Counted from the stretch's first letter, positions 28,266 through 38,780 are shown. The stretch is DNA of 64,000 bases from an uncultured Gammaproteobacteria bacterium (GCA_964602915.1 CAZRTB010000002.1:86301-150300), one strand, 5' to 3'. Numbers and translations are program-made. The notes: a model not told the origin generated them from the sequence alone.

Positions 28266-29905
28266 ATATAAAAAATGACAATCTTAAAAACCTTCTTTTT
28301 ATAACCATAGTTTGGTTTTTTGTCTACTGCTTTTGTCAGGTAATTTTAGAACAAAAACTTGGGTGGGATGAAATAAATTATTTGTCTGTTGCTAGAGGGA
28401 TAGCTGAAAACTTTGATTATAGTGCTAGATCTTATACTGTTATGGGACTTTTAAAACATGGGTTTCCTACGCATTCTATTAATTACCCAGTATCTTCGTT
28501 TTACATAGCACTTTTTTTTAAACTTTTTGGAGCATCTTTGAAAGTTGCTTATTTCTCTACATGGTTGGCAGGGCTAGGCGTATGTATTTTAATTTACTTT
28601 ATTTTTAACTTATTCTCAGAGAATAAAAAGTTATCAGTTTTAGTTTCACTATCATACTTGTTATATCCAGGGTTTATAAGAAACTTTGATAGTGCAATGA
28701 TGGAACAGTTAGGGAATTGTTTATTGTGTTTATTTACATACTTAATTTTTAAAGACTATATCAAAGGATTGTTTGATTGGAGGACTCTATTAAAGATAGT
28801 TTTTATGTGCTTAATTTTATGGATCTATAAAACCTTATTTGTAGGAATATTTTATGGGATTTTATCTTTCATTTTCTTATCTTCTAAAGATCTTGTTGGG
28901 GAAAAGGTAACTTTTAAAATCCATCCCATATTATTTACACTTCTAAATTTCGCTATATTTGCAGGACTACTTTTCATATGTATGAAATGGATATTCTTGC
29001 CAGTTGCTCCAATGATGAACTTCACTATTGATAAAGAATATAGTCAGGTCTACTCAGACTTTTTAGCAGGCTACTTTAATGACTTTCCTAACAGCTTTTT
29101 GACTAATGTTGTTAACTCTTTCTATATACTAAAGACCTTTTTTATTTATCCGAGTCATTATGTAGAGCCGCAAAGTCATTTCTTTATTTTTATACCGTAT
29201 ATCGTTTTAATTTCCTTTTATTTTTTGGTATTAATATTTAGTATCTTGTTTTTGTTTTTAGTTTGGCATTTGTTAAAGCCAGAAGAAAAAACTTTTATAG
29301 TTTTTACTATTACCTCTATCTTGGGATTTAATGTAACTTTTTTTACTATATTTATTACTACCTATGAAAATATGTGGAGATATAATCTTTACTATCTACC
29401 ACTTTATTTAATTACTATAGGAATAGTTTTAAAGTCTTTAAATACTTATTTTGATAATTTCTATCAAAGAAATAAAATATTCTCATATCTGTTTGTTCTG
29501 GTTTTTATCGTTTTTATTTATACTCCTCTTACATTTTCTGCTATGAAAATGCAAAAAATATCTTATGATTACTATCATAACCAGGCAAAAATGAATGGAA
29601 TGCTAGTTAGCAAAGTCCTTGAAAAATATCCATCAAGGTTTATTTATTTAAACGATGGATCACATACGGCTTTTACATCATTTCCAACTATTCAGATTAT
29701 GAAAGATGCTACAAATGAACAGCTACTTCAGATTAACAAAATTCTTCCAGAGCCCATAGGATTTTTATTCTTAAAACAGTCAGACTGGTTGGCTGTAAAT
29801 AATAAAGAACAGATCTTAAAATCAGAACCAATTTTAAATAATAGTTATGTTTATTACTCATATGAGCCTACTACTAATACTGTGATTTATCGTTATAGAG
29901 GATGA
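28262..29905 (+). CDS. GT-C fold glycosyltransferase, ArnT/PMT-like; tandem paralog of 26613..28265
   Basis: GWDEINYLSVARGIAENFDYSARSYTVMGLLKHGFP aligns with QIWWDETSYLSTARGIVRDFDFSSRTTTVQGTLKYNFP of the upstream gene. The ATGA start/stop overlap (28262-28265) indicates translational coupling. Confidence 0.5.
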   Translation: MNIKNDNLKNLLFITIVWFFVYCFCQVILEQKLGWDEINYLSVARGIAENFDYSARSYTVMGLLKHGFPTHSINYPVSSFYIALFFKLFGASLKVAYFSTWLAGLGVCILIYFIFNLFSENKKLSVLVSLSYLLYPGFIRNFDSAMMEQLGNCLLCLFTYLIFKDYIKGLFDWRTLLKIVFMCLILWIYKTLFVGIFYGILSFIFLSSKDLVGEKVTFKIHPILFTLLNFAIFAGLLFICMKWIFLPVAPMMNFTIDKEYSQVYSDFLAGYFNDFPNSFLTNVVNSFYILKTFFIYPSHYVEPQSHFFIFIPYIVLISFYFLVLIFSILFLFLVWHLLKPEEKTFIVFTITSILGFNVTFFTIFITTYENMWRYNLYYLPLYLITIGIVLKSLNTYFDNFYQRNKIFSYLFVLVFIVFIYTPLTFSAMKMQKISYDYYHNQAKMNGMLVSKVLEKYPSRFIYLNDGSHTAFTSFPTIQIMKDATNEQLLQINKILPEPIGFLFLKQSDWLAVNNKEQILKSEPILNNSYVYYSYEPTTNTVIYRYRG

Positions 29906-29908
29906 AGA

Positions 29909-30802
29909 TTGATAGAACTTATTTCAAAAGATAAAGATATTTTAAAGAAGCTGTCAACTGCTTTACATGAATCAACTGGAGACTTGTTGGATTTAGATTC
30001 AAAAGTAATCGCAGAAGAGTTTCTGTCTTATAAAAGAGCTAAAGAACAAATTGATTTATTTATTAAAACAGTTAATGAGTATGAAAAATATGATTTTAAA
30101 AATAAGAAATTCTTAGAGGTTGGATGTGGAGTAGGATCTTCACTTATAGTAGCTAAGAAAGATTATTCTATAGATGCTTTTGGAGTAGAACCATCATCTA
30201 AAGAGTTCTCTTCATTTAAAGAAATATCTTTACTCTTATTTAAAGAGCATAATTTATCAGATGAAATAATAATTAATTCTACTGCTGAAAGTCTTCCTTT
30301 TGAAAGTGAAACCTTTGATTTGGTTTATTCTACAAATGTTCTTGAACATGTAAATGATCCTGTTAAAGTTTTAAATGAATCGTACCGAGTCCTGAAAAGA
30401 GGTGGATTTTTGCAGTTTGTTATCCCAAACTATTTCTCTTTTTGGGAGGGACATTACGGGGTGTTTTGGCCTTGTATTACAAACAAAACATTAGGAAAGA
30501 TATATGCAACAATTATAGGTAAAAACCCTAAATATGTTGATTCTCTTCAGCTTATAAATCCTGGTTATTTAAAAAACATATTGAAAGATTTAGAGAATAA
30601 AATTGAAGTAATTGGTTGGGGAAAAGAAGTATTTAAAAACAGATTGGAAAATGGAAATTATTCTGACTGGGCATCTCTACAAAAAATTAGACCGCTAGTT
30701 GAAATTGTACAAAAAATTAAACTATCTTCCCTTATTTCAAGTACCTTAAATCTATTTGAAATGTATACTCCTATAGTTTTAACTTTTAAGAAGTTAAAAT
30801 AG
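29909..30802 (+). CDS. Class I SAM-dependent methyltransferase (Methyltransf_11-like)
   Basis: Motif I LEVGCGVGSSL, motif post-I DAFGVEPS and motif II/III DLVYSTNVLEHV...RVLKRGGFLQF. The apparent start is TTG. Confidence 0.65.
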   Translation: MIELISKDKDILKKLSTALHESTGDLLDLDSKVIAEEFLSYKRAKEQIDLFIKTVNEYEKYDFKNKKFLEVGCGVGSSLIVAKKDYSIDAFGVEPSSKEFSSFKEISLLLFKEHNLSDEIIINSTAESLPFESETFDLVYSTNVLEHVNDPVKVLNESYRVLKRGGFLQFVIPNYFSFWEGHYGVFWPCITNKTLGKIYATIIGKNPKYVDSLQLINPGYLKNILKDLENKIEVIGWGKEVFKNRLENGNYSDWASLQKIRPLVEIVQKIKLSSLISSTLNLFEMYTPIVLTFKKLK

Positions 30803-31979
30803 GTTCTTTAGCTGGCTTTTTACCATAAGCTACTTCTTCATATATTTTAAAATAGTTCTCAGCAATTTTTTTCCAGGAGAAAGATTCTGATTTCTTTAAA
30901 CTGTTTTGTGCCATTTTTTGCCTTAAGTTAGAATCCGTAGCTAATTTTGCAATTGCATGTGCAATAGCCTTATGGTCTCCATACTCTATACAAAAACCAT
31001 TTATTCCATCTTCTAATACTTCAGAAAACCCTTCTACTTTAGAACCAATAACTGGTAACCCACAAGCCATTGCTTGAAGTACTACACTAGGCATACCTTC
31101 CATCACTGATGGTAGTAGGAAGACATCTGCACTTCTGTAAATATCAGGAAGTTCTTCTAATTTCTTCCATCCTAAAAATTCTACCTTGCTACTTATGTCG
31201 TATTCATTTACTAATGAGAACATTTTCTCTTTTAAAGGACCATCACCAACTACAGTAAGTTTAAAATTCTCTACTCCAAGCTTTTTTAACTCTCCACACG
31301 ATTTAATTAGAGGTTCAACGCCTTTTTGAGCACAGAGTCTGCTTATGAATAATAAATTTATACAATCATTATTTTGTTTTTGATTTGATGGGAAAAATAC
31401 TTCTGTATCAACACCATTTGTTATCATCTCAATTCTTTGCTTTGGTGAAAACCGCACGCATAATTCTTTTAGCGAACTACTATTTGCAATTATGTTTGAA
31501 GAATTATTCCATATGGACCTTGAAAGTAAGTGAGTAATTGAATGATATGTATTTAATTTCCAGTCCCCGATATTAAATCCTGGTACATCAGCGCCAAGGG
31601 TAGATGAAATATATGGTATGTTAAAGGTCTTTTTGCAGTAGAGTCCAAAACATCCTGCAGGAATAGTGAAAAAACAGTGGATTAAATCTGGAGATGTTTT
31701 TCTAACAATCTTTTTTGCGTTAAACAATGATTCTAAGATAAATCTTGTCATTTCAGGGATATGAGATGTTTCAAAATTATTTTTTTGTGGTCCTATATAG
31801 TAAATATTAAAGCCATCTGGGTGCTCTACAAAGCTTTTATCATAAGGTTTTGAAGTTATAACATTCACTTCAACACCCATTTTAGAAAGATATTTTGCTA
31901 AAAATCTTGTTGTTGTTCCGCCACCTCCGCCTATCGGTGGCAGTTCATGATTTGCCATTAATACTTTTATTTTTTTCAT
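30786..31979 (-). CDS. GT4 family (GT-B) glycosyltransferase
   Basis: C-terminal Glycos_transf_1 signature EGMPSVVLQAMACGLPVIGSKVEGFSEVLEDG (the E-X7-E-like motif) and an N-terminal GT4 fold start MKKIKVLMAN. Confidence 0.8.
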   Translation of the reverse strand: MKKIKVLMANHELPPIGGGGGTTTRFLAKYLSKMGVEVNVITSKPYDKSFVEHPDGFNIYYIGPQKNNFETSHIPEMTRFILESLFNAKKIVRKTSPDLIHCFFTIPAGCFGLYCKKTFNIPYISSTLGADVPGFNIGDWKLNTYHSITHLLSRSIWNNSSNIIANSSSLKELCVRFSPKQRIEMITNGVDTEVFFPSNQKQNNDCINLLFISRLCAQKGVEPLIKSCGELKKLGVENFKLTVVGDGPLKEKMFSLVNEYDISSKVEFLGWKKLEELPDIYRSADVFLLPSVMEGMPSVVLQAMACGLPVIGSKVEGFSEVLEDGINGFCIEYGDHKAIAHAIAKLATDSNLRQKMAQNSLKKSESFSWKKIAENYFKIYEEVAYGKKPAKEPILTS

Positions 31980-33769
31980 GCTTTATTTGAAACCAGATTA
32001 TTCTCAGTAATATTTTTTGAACTTGATTTATTCTCTAAAATATAATTTCCTATTATGAGCATATCTAAATGCCCTCTTTGAAAGCAATCTATAGCTTGTT
32101 TTGGTGATTCTACTATTGGTTCTTCATGCATATTAAAGCTGGTATTAATAACAGCAGGTACTCCAGTGATTTCTTCATGTAGTTTTAGCATTTTATAAAC
32201 AATTGGATTTTGTTCTTCAGTAATTGACTGGAATCTGGCTGTATTATCAATATGAACTGCGGCTGGAATATCTTTTTTCGCTTTATCTTTGACCTTTGTA
32301 GTTATTGTCATAAATTGAGTACATTTACTTTTGTTTTTTATATCTTCAAAATATAAATCCTCTTTATCTTTTAAAATAATTGGGGCAAAAGGCATAAACT
32401 CTGATCTTTCTAATTTCTCATTTAAGGATTGATTTATATAAGGATCTTTTGCACTTACAAATATACTTCTATTTCCTAAGGCTCTTGGTCCGTACTCCAT
32501 TCCACCGTTGTAGTGAGCTACTACTTTTCCTTCACTTATTGCTTTAGCCATTATTTGACTTATGTCATCAGGCTTGGAGTAGGTACAATTTTGAGCCTCT
32601 AATTCTTTTAAGATTTCTTCATCAGAATAACTTGGACCTAGATAAGCATTTTTAAGAAAATACGGCTTAGGGATTTTACCTTCTTGTACCATTAATGAAA
32701 ATGAAGCACCAACAGCAAGTCCACCATCACCCATATGTGGATAAACATATAACTCTTCTACACCATTGATTTCACTTATCTTTTGATTTAATTTAACATT
32801 AGCAAATACTCCGCCACATAGAGCAATTTTAGTTTTTTCTGATTTGCTAAATCTTTTAATTAAATCTTTTATGTATGAAATGATCATTTCTTCAGTATAT
32901 GTTTGAATACCAGCTGAAATATCTTCTTTGGAAAACTTACTGAGAGCTTTTTTTAGATAATTAATTTCACTATTGAAATAATGTCCTTTATTTATAAATG
33001 TCATTGAACCGCTATCATAGTAAATTCTTTCAGAGAAAATCTTTTTAGTTTCCTCTGCATTCCCATAGGCGGCTAAACCTGTTAATTTACCTTCCCGACC
33101 ATACTTAAAACCGCAGATGTTTGTAGCATATGAATAGTAGTATCCAGGTGAGCCGTAGAAAGGTATCTTATGCACATTTTTAAGCTTATTATTTTCTGGA
33201 ATAAAAACTTTTGAACAGTATCCATCTCCAGCACCATCTAGTGTGATTACTAAGCAATCATCCCATCCTGAAGTGTAATATGCGGATGATGCATGGCATG
33301 TATGATGATCTATAAAAATAACCTTTTGTTTAAATCCTAGATCTCTTAATTTGTTTATGACTTCTTTTCTGTATAAGCTTTGAATAAGACCATAAGAATT
33401 TTTTACGAACTCAGTAAAACCTACTGTTTTAAGTGCTTTTTGGATAAAACTTATTTTTGAAAGTTTTTCTCCTAATATTTGATGAAAGGCAAGATTAGAA
33501 TAATCTAGTGATGGAATATGATTTAAAGTTGATACTGAAATATAATCAAAATCTTCTGGTTTTAAATGGACTTTTTTACAAATCTCTTTTATTGAATATT
33601 CTGGAAACCCTATATAGAGTTTTTCTCTGTTAAATCTTTCTTCATTGACTGCAGTAACTATTTCCCCATCAACGTTTATAACTGCTCCTGCATCCTGCTC
33701 TGTAGAAATTGATAGAATCTTCATTTTCAATAGTATACATTGAGATAGCATTGAATTGTTAATAAACAT
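31976..33769 (-). CDS. Carbamoyltransferase, NodU/CmcH family
   Basis: N-terminal MKILSISTEQDAGAVINVDGEIVTAVNEERFNREK and HHTCHASSAYY are characteristic of NodU/CmcH O-carbamoyltransferases. Length is about 580 aa. The likely true start is the internal ATG at complement 33724. The 3' end overlaps the GT4 start by 4 nt. Confidence 0.7.
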   Translation of the reverse strand: MFINNSMLSQCILLKMKILSISTEQDAGAVINVDGEIVTAVNEERFNREKLYIGFPEYSIKEICKKVHLKPEDFDYISVSTLNHIPSLDYSNLAFHQILGEKLSKISFIQKALKTVGFTEFVKNSYGLIQSLYRKEVINKLRDLGFKQKVIFIDHHTCHASSAYYTSGWDDCLVITLDGAGDGYCSKVFIPENNKLKNVHKIPFYGSPGYYYSYATNICGFKYGREGKLTGLAAYGNAEETKKIFSERIYYDSGSMTFINKGHYFNSEINYLKKALSKFSKEDISAGIQTYTEEMIISYIKDLIKRFSKSEKTKIALCGGVFANVKLNQKISEINGVEELYVYPHMGDGGLAVGASFSLMVQEGKIPKPYFLKNAYLGPSYSDEEILKELEAQNCTYSKPDDISQIMAKAISEGKVVAHYNGGMEYGPRALGNRSIFVSAKDPYINQSLNEKLERSEFMPFAPIILKDKEDLYFEDIKNKSKCTQFMTITTKVKDKAKKDIPAAVHIDNTARFQSITEEQNPIVYKMLKLHEEITGVPAVINTSFNMHEEPIVESPKQAIDCFQRGHLDMLIIGNYILENKSSSKNITENNLVSNKA

Positions 33770-33896
33770 TCGTGATATTAGGGCATTAGGTATTACTAGA
33801 CTATTGTTAATAAAAAGATTATATCTATATACACTAATTTCAATTAATAATCTTTAGAATAATATCAAGAATACATTCGTAAAAGTAAATTTAATT

Positions 33897-36743
33897 ATGG
33901 GCAAAAGAGCTAAAAACAAATCTCATTTAGAAGTTCAAAGTAAGAACCCATTAAATGAAAAGTTAATAGTACTTTCTTTTATATTTTTTGTAACTATAAC
34001 ATTCTTTTTTCCAGCACTTCAGGGAAAGATTGAGTGTCCAATTGATATTAGAGACTTTCATTTTTATCCTTGGAAATATCATTCAACGGATATTCATGTT
34101 GTTAAAAGCGATTTAGTTAAATTAAGTATTGCTCAGGATTTAACAAAAGAATCCAACCAATACTACTCCCCTAAAGTATTTAAAGTTCCTCTGAAACCCG
34201 GAGAACAAAAAGAATTAGAATTTAAGATTAATATAAATGACATTGAAAATAAGACTGTAAGTGATCAGTTTAATTATTATATTTATTATGAGTTTCTTCC
34301 TATTCTTGAAAAAAATGACAATCTTAATTTTGCAGTATATGTAAAAAACTCCAAAAACAAATTTGCAAAACTACCTTTTTCTGCTTTTCCATTAGAAGGA
34401 AAGGAAAATTATACTAATTCAAATTCTAAGTGGTTATTTGCCAAAGTAAATCTAAATTTTGTTCTGGATGAGCTTAAGTCTTTTAATGGTCTGAGAGAAT
34501 GTAAATTAGTCCTGGTCGTTTTAAATAACAATAAGAATATCTCTACACTATTTATAAGCAATCCAAAAATAACTACTGAAGATTTCTCTGCAATAAATAA
34601 AAAAGCAATACATAGTTTTTATACAGAAGACTTAATTATTTGGTTCACATCTGCTAGAGAATTTTTTTCAAATTCTATAAAAAGTGGTAAGATCCCATTT
34701 TGGAATAACTATATCTTGACTGGGGCTGAGTTTATTTCTGAACCTCAGGTTGGGTATTTTAACCCCATATATTTCCTTTCTTATTTGATGTTTGATCATT
34801 TTACGGCTCATCTGGTTGTTCTGATTTTATTTTTCTTAATCAGTGGGGTTGGATCTTATTTGCTAGCAAGATCTTGGGGATTGAATATCCCTTCTGGACT
34901 GCTTACATCATTAGTTTATCTTTTTAATCCTTATCTAGTGCCTTGGTTTGGATATGAGCATACTTTAATGTGCAATGCTGTAATTCCATATTTGATTTTG
35001 TTTTACGATAAAACTTTAAATAATAAAAAACTTTTGAATAACGATTTAATATTTTCAACCATAATATATGGAATCTTAGTTTTATCTGGACATTTGCAAG
35101 TTATATACTATTCAATTTTCTTTTTTATTTTATATGCAATATTTAGATTGTTAATAGATCCTCAAAATATGAAATTAAAGATTTTGAAACATATTTTTAA
35201 TATATGCTTTATAAATTTATTGGGACTTTCTATTGGTGGGATAGTTTTATTTCAGTTTTTCCCTTTGTTATCGGATTCCCATAGACTTCCTATGACAGTA
35301 CAGCAGTTAAGAGATAACTGCACGGATTTATCTGCTCTGAAAAGTTTTCTTTATCCTTATTACAGAGGAGTTATTTCATTTCTAATTACAGACAGGTATA
35401 GTTTAGATCCAGTTTTTATGGATTATAAAGTTAAATTCTTTAAAAACTATCTTTATTTTGGAGCTTTACCTTTTCTCTTTTCAATATTCAGTTTAAAAAA
35501 TCTTCTAAAAGATAGACTTGTACTTTTTTTAGTTATAGCTATTTTATTTGCATTTTTAAATAGCTCATCAGCAGATTTCTACCTAACTATTAGAAATATA
35601 ATTCCCGGCTTTAATCTTTTGCAAAACTCAAGATTTATTGAAATTTACTCATACTGTATACCATTTTTGGCAGGTATTGGATTTAATAATTTTTCAAAAC
35701 ACTTTACTGAGATGGATTATAAAAAAAAGTTTTGTATAACTGCTTTAATTTTATTAATAACTACAATAGATTTGGTTCATTATTCATCATTTTTTATTAC
35801 CTGGTCGGATAGAAAAGATTATAAGCCTATTCATAAAGGAGGAGTATTAGAATATCTTATTAATGAGAAAGTGAAATCCTCTGAACCGTTTAGAGTCTTA
35901 TGCGTGGAGAATCCATATAATATTGCGTTTGGATTAAAACCAACATCTGCAAAGTCAAATAATTTGTTACCTTATGGTATTGAAGAAGTTCATGGCTATA
36001 GCTCTTTTATCCCAAAAGATTTATATTGGCTTCTAATGTATCCGATAATTAAGGATCAAAAATTACTTTATGGTAAGCATAACCCTGAAATAGGAAATAA
36101 TAGAAATCTTATTTTCCCATCCCCAGAATATAAAAGTAGGATCTATGACATATTAAATGCAAAATACTTTTTAACTTCACCAGATTTTTCTTTAGATCCA
36201 GATAGAGCTATTAAAGTTTTTGATGGAGATTCTAGACTATGGCTAAATAAAAACTATTTGCCAAGAGCCTTTCTTGTTCCTTCTTATAAAATTATTTCTA
36301 CTAAGCCTGAAATAATAGTGACTTTAGATAATGAAGACTTTGACCCTCTGAAAGAAGTATTGATTCAATCAATAGATAATAAGACTAAAGTTATTTTGGA
36401 TAATTTAAAGAGCAAAGAGTTAAGCCTTGAATCTCAAATAAAGTTTGCAAAATATGAAAATGAAAACATAATCTTAAATGTTAAAACGAACTCTGGTGGA
36501 ATATTAGTTCTTGGAAATAACTTAAATAATGAGTGGATGGTAAAGGTAAATAATACTCCTGCTGATTTCTTTAAGGTTAATCTTGTTCAAACAGGGATTC
36601 TTCTACCTTCTGAGGGTGAATATGAAGTTGAGTATTATTTCTATCCTAAGAAGTTTTATATAGGATTATTTATTACAGGTTTAACATTGATAGTGTTGAT
36701 TTTAATGTTAGTAATGTTGAAGGTGAAGGCTAGGAAGGAGTAG
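33897..36743 (+). CDS. Large polytopic membrane protein, YfhO-like or GT-C-like putative glycosyltransferase
   Basis: 948 aa with TM1 near residue 25, a soluble domain of about 250 aa, about 12 TM helices (285-630), a C-terminal extracytoplasmic domain and a final TM helix (LFITGLTLIVLILMLVML). This architecture is like that of YfhO-family glycosylation proteins. Confidence 0.35.
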   Translation: MGKRAKNKSHLEVQSKNPLNEKLIVLSFIFFVTITFFFPALQGKIECPIDIRDFHFYPWKYHSTDIHVVKSDLVKLSIAQDLTKESNQYYSPKVFKVPLKPGEQKELEFKININDIENKTVSDQFNYYIYYEFLPILEKNDNLNFAVYVKNSKNKFAKLPFSAFPLEGKENYTNSNSKWLFAKVNLNFVLDELKSFNGLRECKLVLVVLNNNKNISTLFISNPKITTEDFSAINKKAIHSFYTEDLIIWFTSAREFFSNSIKSGKIPFWNNYILTGAEFISEPQVGYFNPIYFLSYLMFDHFTAHLVVLILFFLISGVGSYLLARSWGLNIPSGLLTSLVYLFNPYLVPWFGYEHTLMCNAVIPYLILFYDKTLNNKKLLNNDLIFSTIIYGILVLSGHLQVIYYSIFFFILYAIFRLLIDPQNMKLKILKHIFNICFINLLGLSIGGIVLFQFFPLLSDSHRLPMTVQQLRDNCTDLSALKSFLYPYYRGVISFLITDRYSLDPVFMDYKVKFFKNYLYFGALPFLFSIFSLKNLLKDRLVLFLVIAILFAFLNSSSADFYLTIRNIIPGFNLLQNSRFIEIYSYCIPFLAGIGFNNFSKHFTEMDYKKKFCITALILLITTIDLVHYSSFFITWSDRKDYKPIHKGGVLEYLINEKVKSSEPFRVLCVENPYNIAFGLKPTSAKSNNLLPYGIEEVHGYSSFIPKDLYWLLMYPIIKDQKLLYGKHNPEIGNNRNLIFPSPEYKSRIYDILNAKYFLTSPDFSLDPDRAIKVFDGDSRLWLNKNYLPRAFLVPSYKIISTKPEIIVTLDNEDFDPLKEVLIQSIDNKTKVILDNLKSKELSLESQIKFAKYENENIILNVKTNSGGILVLGNNLNNEWMVKVNNTPADFFKVNLVQTGILLPSEGEYEVEYYFYPKKFYIGLFITGLTLIVLILMLVMLKVKARKE

Positions 36744-37701
36744 CAGTACTTTTAATCCAAGCCTTATTGTTTTTATACCACTCAATAGTGTTAATTAATG
36801 CATTGTCAAAACTATACTTTCTCTTCCACCCCAGTTCAGACTTAATTTTTGAGCAGTCCATTGCATATCTTTTGTCATGTCCAAGTCTATCAGTTACAAA
36901 TGAAATTAGTGACTCATCTTTCCCCATAATTTTCAACACTTTTTTAGTTAGATCTATGTTTGTGAGTTCGTATTCTCCGCCTACGTTATAGACCTCACCA
37001 ACAATACCTTTTTCTAAAATGAGAGAAATTGCTGAGCAGAAGTCAAGTACATAAATCCAGTCGCGTACATTTAAGCCATCACCATAAACAGGAAGCTTTT
37101 TGTTTTCCATAGCAAGTGAAATAAAATATGGAATTACTTTTTCTGGATATTGATATGGACCAAAATTATTTGAACATCTAACGATTATGCTGTTTAAACC
37201 ATAGGTTTTAAAATAGGCTCTTACCAGATGATCTGCTCCTGCTTTACTTGCAGAATAAGGGCTATTAGGTTTAATTTGACTTGTTTCAGTAAATTTATCA
37301 GGTGGTTCAATAGAGCCATAAACTTCATCAGTGCTAATTTGAATATATTTTTTTAAATTATTTTTTTTACTTACTTCTAGTAAAGTCTGTGTCCCGACAA
37401 TATTTGTTTCAATAAAAGGATCAACTTGTTTTATGCTTCTATCTACATGTGTTTCTGCAGCAAAATTTATAATAGCGTCAGGCTTATACTTTTTTATTAA
37501 ACCATCAATAAATTCATAATCCTGAATCTTCCCTTTAAAATACTGATAGTTCTTTTTTGATGAAATATCTTTTAAGTTTTCTGGATTGCCAGCATATGTT
37601 TCTGCATCAATGTTTGTTACGAATACATCAGTATTATTTAGTATCTCTCTAATAAAATTAGATCCTATAAAACCTAATCCACCAGTTACGAAGATATGCA
37701 T
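36730..37701 (-). CDS. rfbB: dTDP-glucose 4,6-dehydratase
   Basis: NAD-binding loop MHIFVTGGLGFIGSNF, the catalytic YSASKAGADHLVRAY (YxxxK) and the TDEVYG motif. Length is 323 aa. Confidence 0.9.
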   Translation of the reverse strand: MHIFVTGGLGFIGSNFIREILNNTDVFVTNIDAETYAGNPENLKDISSKKNYQYFKGKIQDYEFIDGLIKKYKPDAIINFAAETHVDRSIKQVDPFIETNIVGTQTLLEVSKKNNLKKYIQISTDEVYGSIEPPDKFTETSQIKPNSPYSASKAGADHLVRAYFKTYGLNSIIVRCSNNFGPYQYPEKVIPYFISLAMENKKLPVYGDGLNVRDWIYVLDFCSAISLILEKGIVGEVYNVGGEYELTNIDLTKKVLKIMGKDESLISFVTDRLGHDKRYAMDCSKIKSELGWKRKYSFDNALINTIEWYKNNKAWIKSTATPS

Positions 37702-38756
37702 TTTGTATAATCTCCTAGTATGAATTTACTCTTACCATTACCTTTTATGTCAATAATTGTATTTTCACCAATCAGACTGTCATAAATAATTTCTTTTAAA
37801 CACTTTATTTTTGAATTATTTCTAATAATTGATCTTTCAATTGTTGATGATTCTATCTGGTTATTCTTTCCAATACTTACGTGTGGTCCAATTTTTGAAT
37901 TTTTTATAATTGATCCATGTGAAATTATTACAGGTCCTGTAATTTCAGAATTCTCTATAATTACATCTTTATCAATCCATACCTTACCATTTATTTTTGA
38001 GGCTTTATCTATATTTGATTCTATTTTTTCATCTATAGAATTTAGTAGAAAATCGTTTGCAAGAAGCATGTTTTCAGGAGTACCAACATCATACCAATCA
38101 CTTAAAATCTTATGATACCCAACTATTTTCTTCTGACTAATTTGAAAGTCAACAGCGTCAGTAATTTCTAATTCGCCTCTGTAACTAGGTTTAATATTGG
38201 CAATTGCATAAAAAATTGAAGGTTTAAATAAGTAGATTCCTGATAAGCATAAATTTGATTTTGGGTCTTGTGGTTTTTCGATAAGCTTTAAAACGTTATC
38301 CCCATTAATTTCTGCTACTCCATATGGTCTTGGATCTTCAACTTCATTTAAAAAGACAAGAGTTTCGTAATTATTTTTTGTAAATTTATCAAGAGCATTT
38401 TTAACTTCATTCTTACCAATTAAAATATCACCTAAAAACATGATGAAAGGCTCATCACCTACTTGCATATTAGTTAACTGTACTGCATGTGCAAGTCCAA
38501 GCGGTTTATCTTGAAAAACAAAATCCATATCAAAATAATTCTTATATGTAGAATTTATTAAAGTCTCTTTAACTTGATGACCAAAGTCTTGACTTACAAC
38601 TACTATTACAGACTTGATACTTGTTTCTTCTTTAATTCTGTCTAAAATATGAAATAAAGTAGGTTTATTTGCTATTGGCAAAAGTTGTTTGGTTATTGTA
38701 CTTGTTAAAGGGAGCAGTCTTTGACCTGAGCCACCACTAAGTATTACAGCTTTCAT
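37686..38756 (-). CDS. rfbA: Glucose-1-phosphate thymidylyl/nucleotidyltransferase, long form with a C-terminal left-handed beta-helix
   Basis: MKAVILSGGSGQRLLPLTSTITKQLLPIANKPTLFHILD (sugar nucleotidyltransferase G-loop) plus C-terminal hexapeptide repeats. It overlaps the rfbB start by 16 nt, so the two are coupled. Confidence 0.8.
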   Translation of the reverse strand: MKAVILSGGSGQRLLPLTSTITKQLLPIANKPTLFHILDRIKEETSIKSVIVVVSQDFGHQVKETLINSTYKNYFDMDFVFQDKPLGLAHAVQLTNMQVGDEPFIMFLGDILIGKNEVKNALDKFTKNNYETLVFLNEVEDPRPYGVAEINGDNVLKLIEKPQDPKSNLCLSGIYLFKPSIFYAIANIKPSYRGELEITDAVDFQISQKKIVGYHKILSDWYDVGTPENMLLANDFLLNSIDEKIESNIDKASKINGKVWIDKDVIIENSEITGPVIISHGSIIKNSKIGPHVSIGKNNQIESSTIERSIIRNNSKIKCLKEIIYDSLIGENTIIDIKGNGKSKFILGDYTKCISS

Positions 38757-38780
38757 GAATAATAATATAGCATTTAATTG

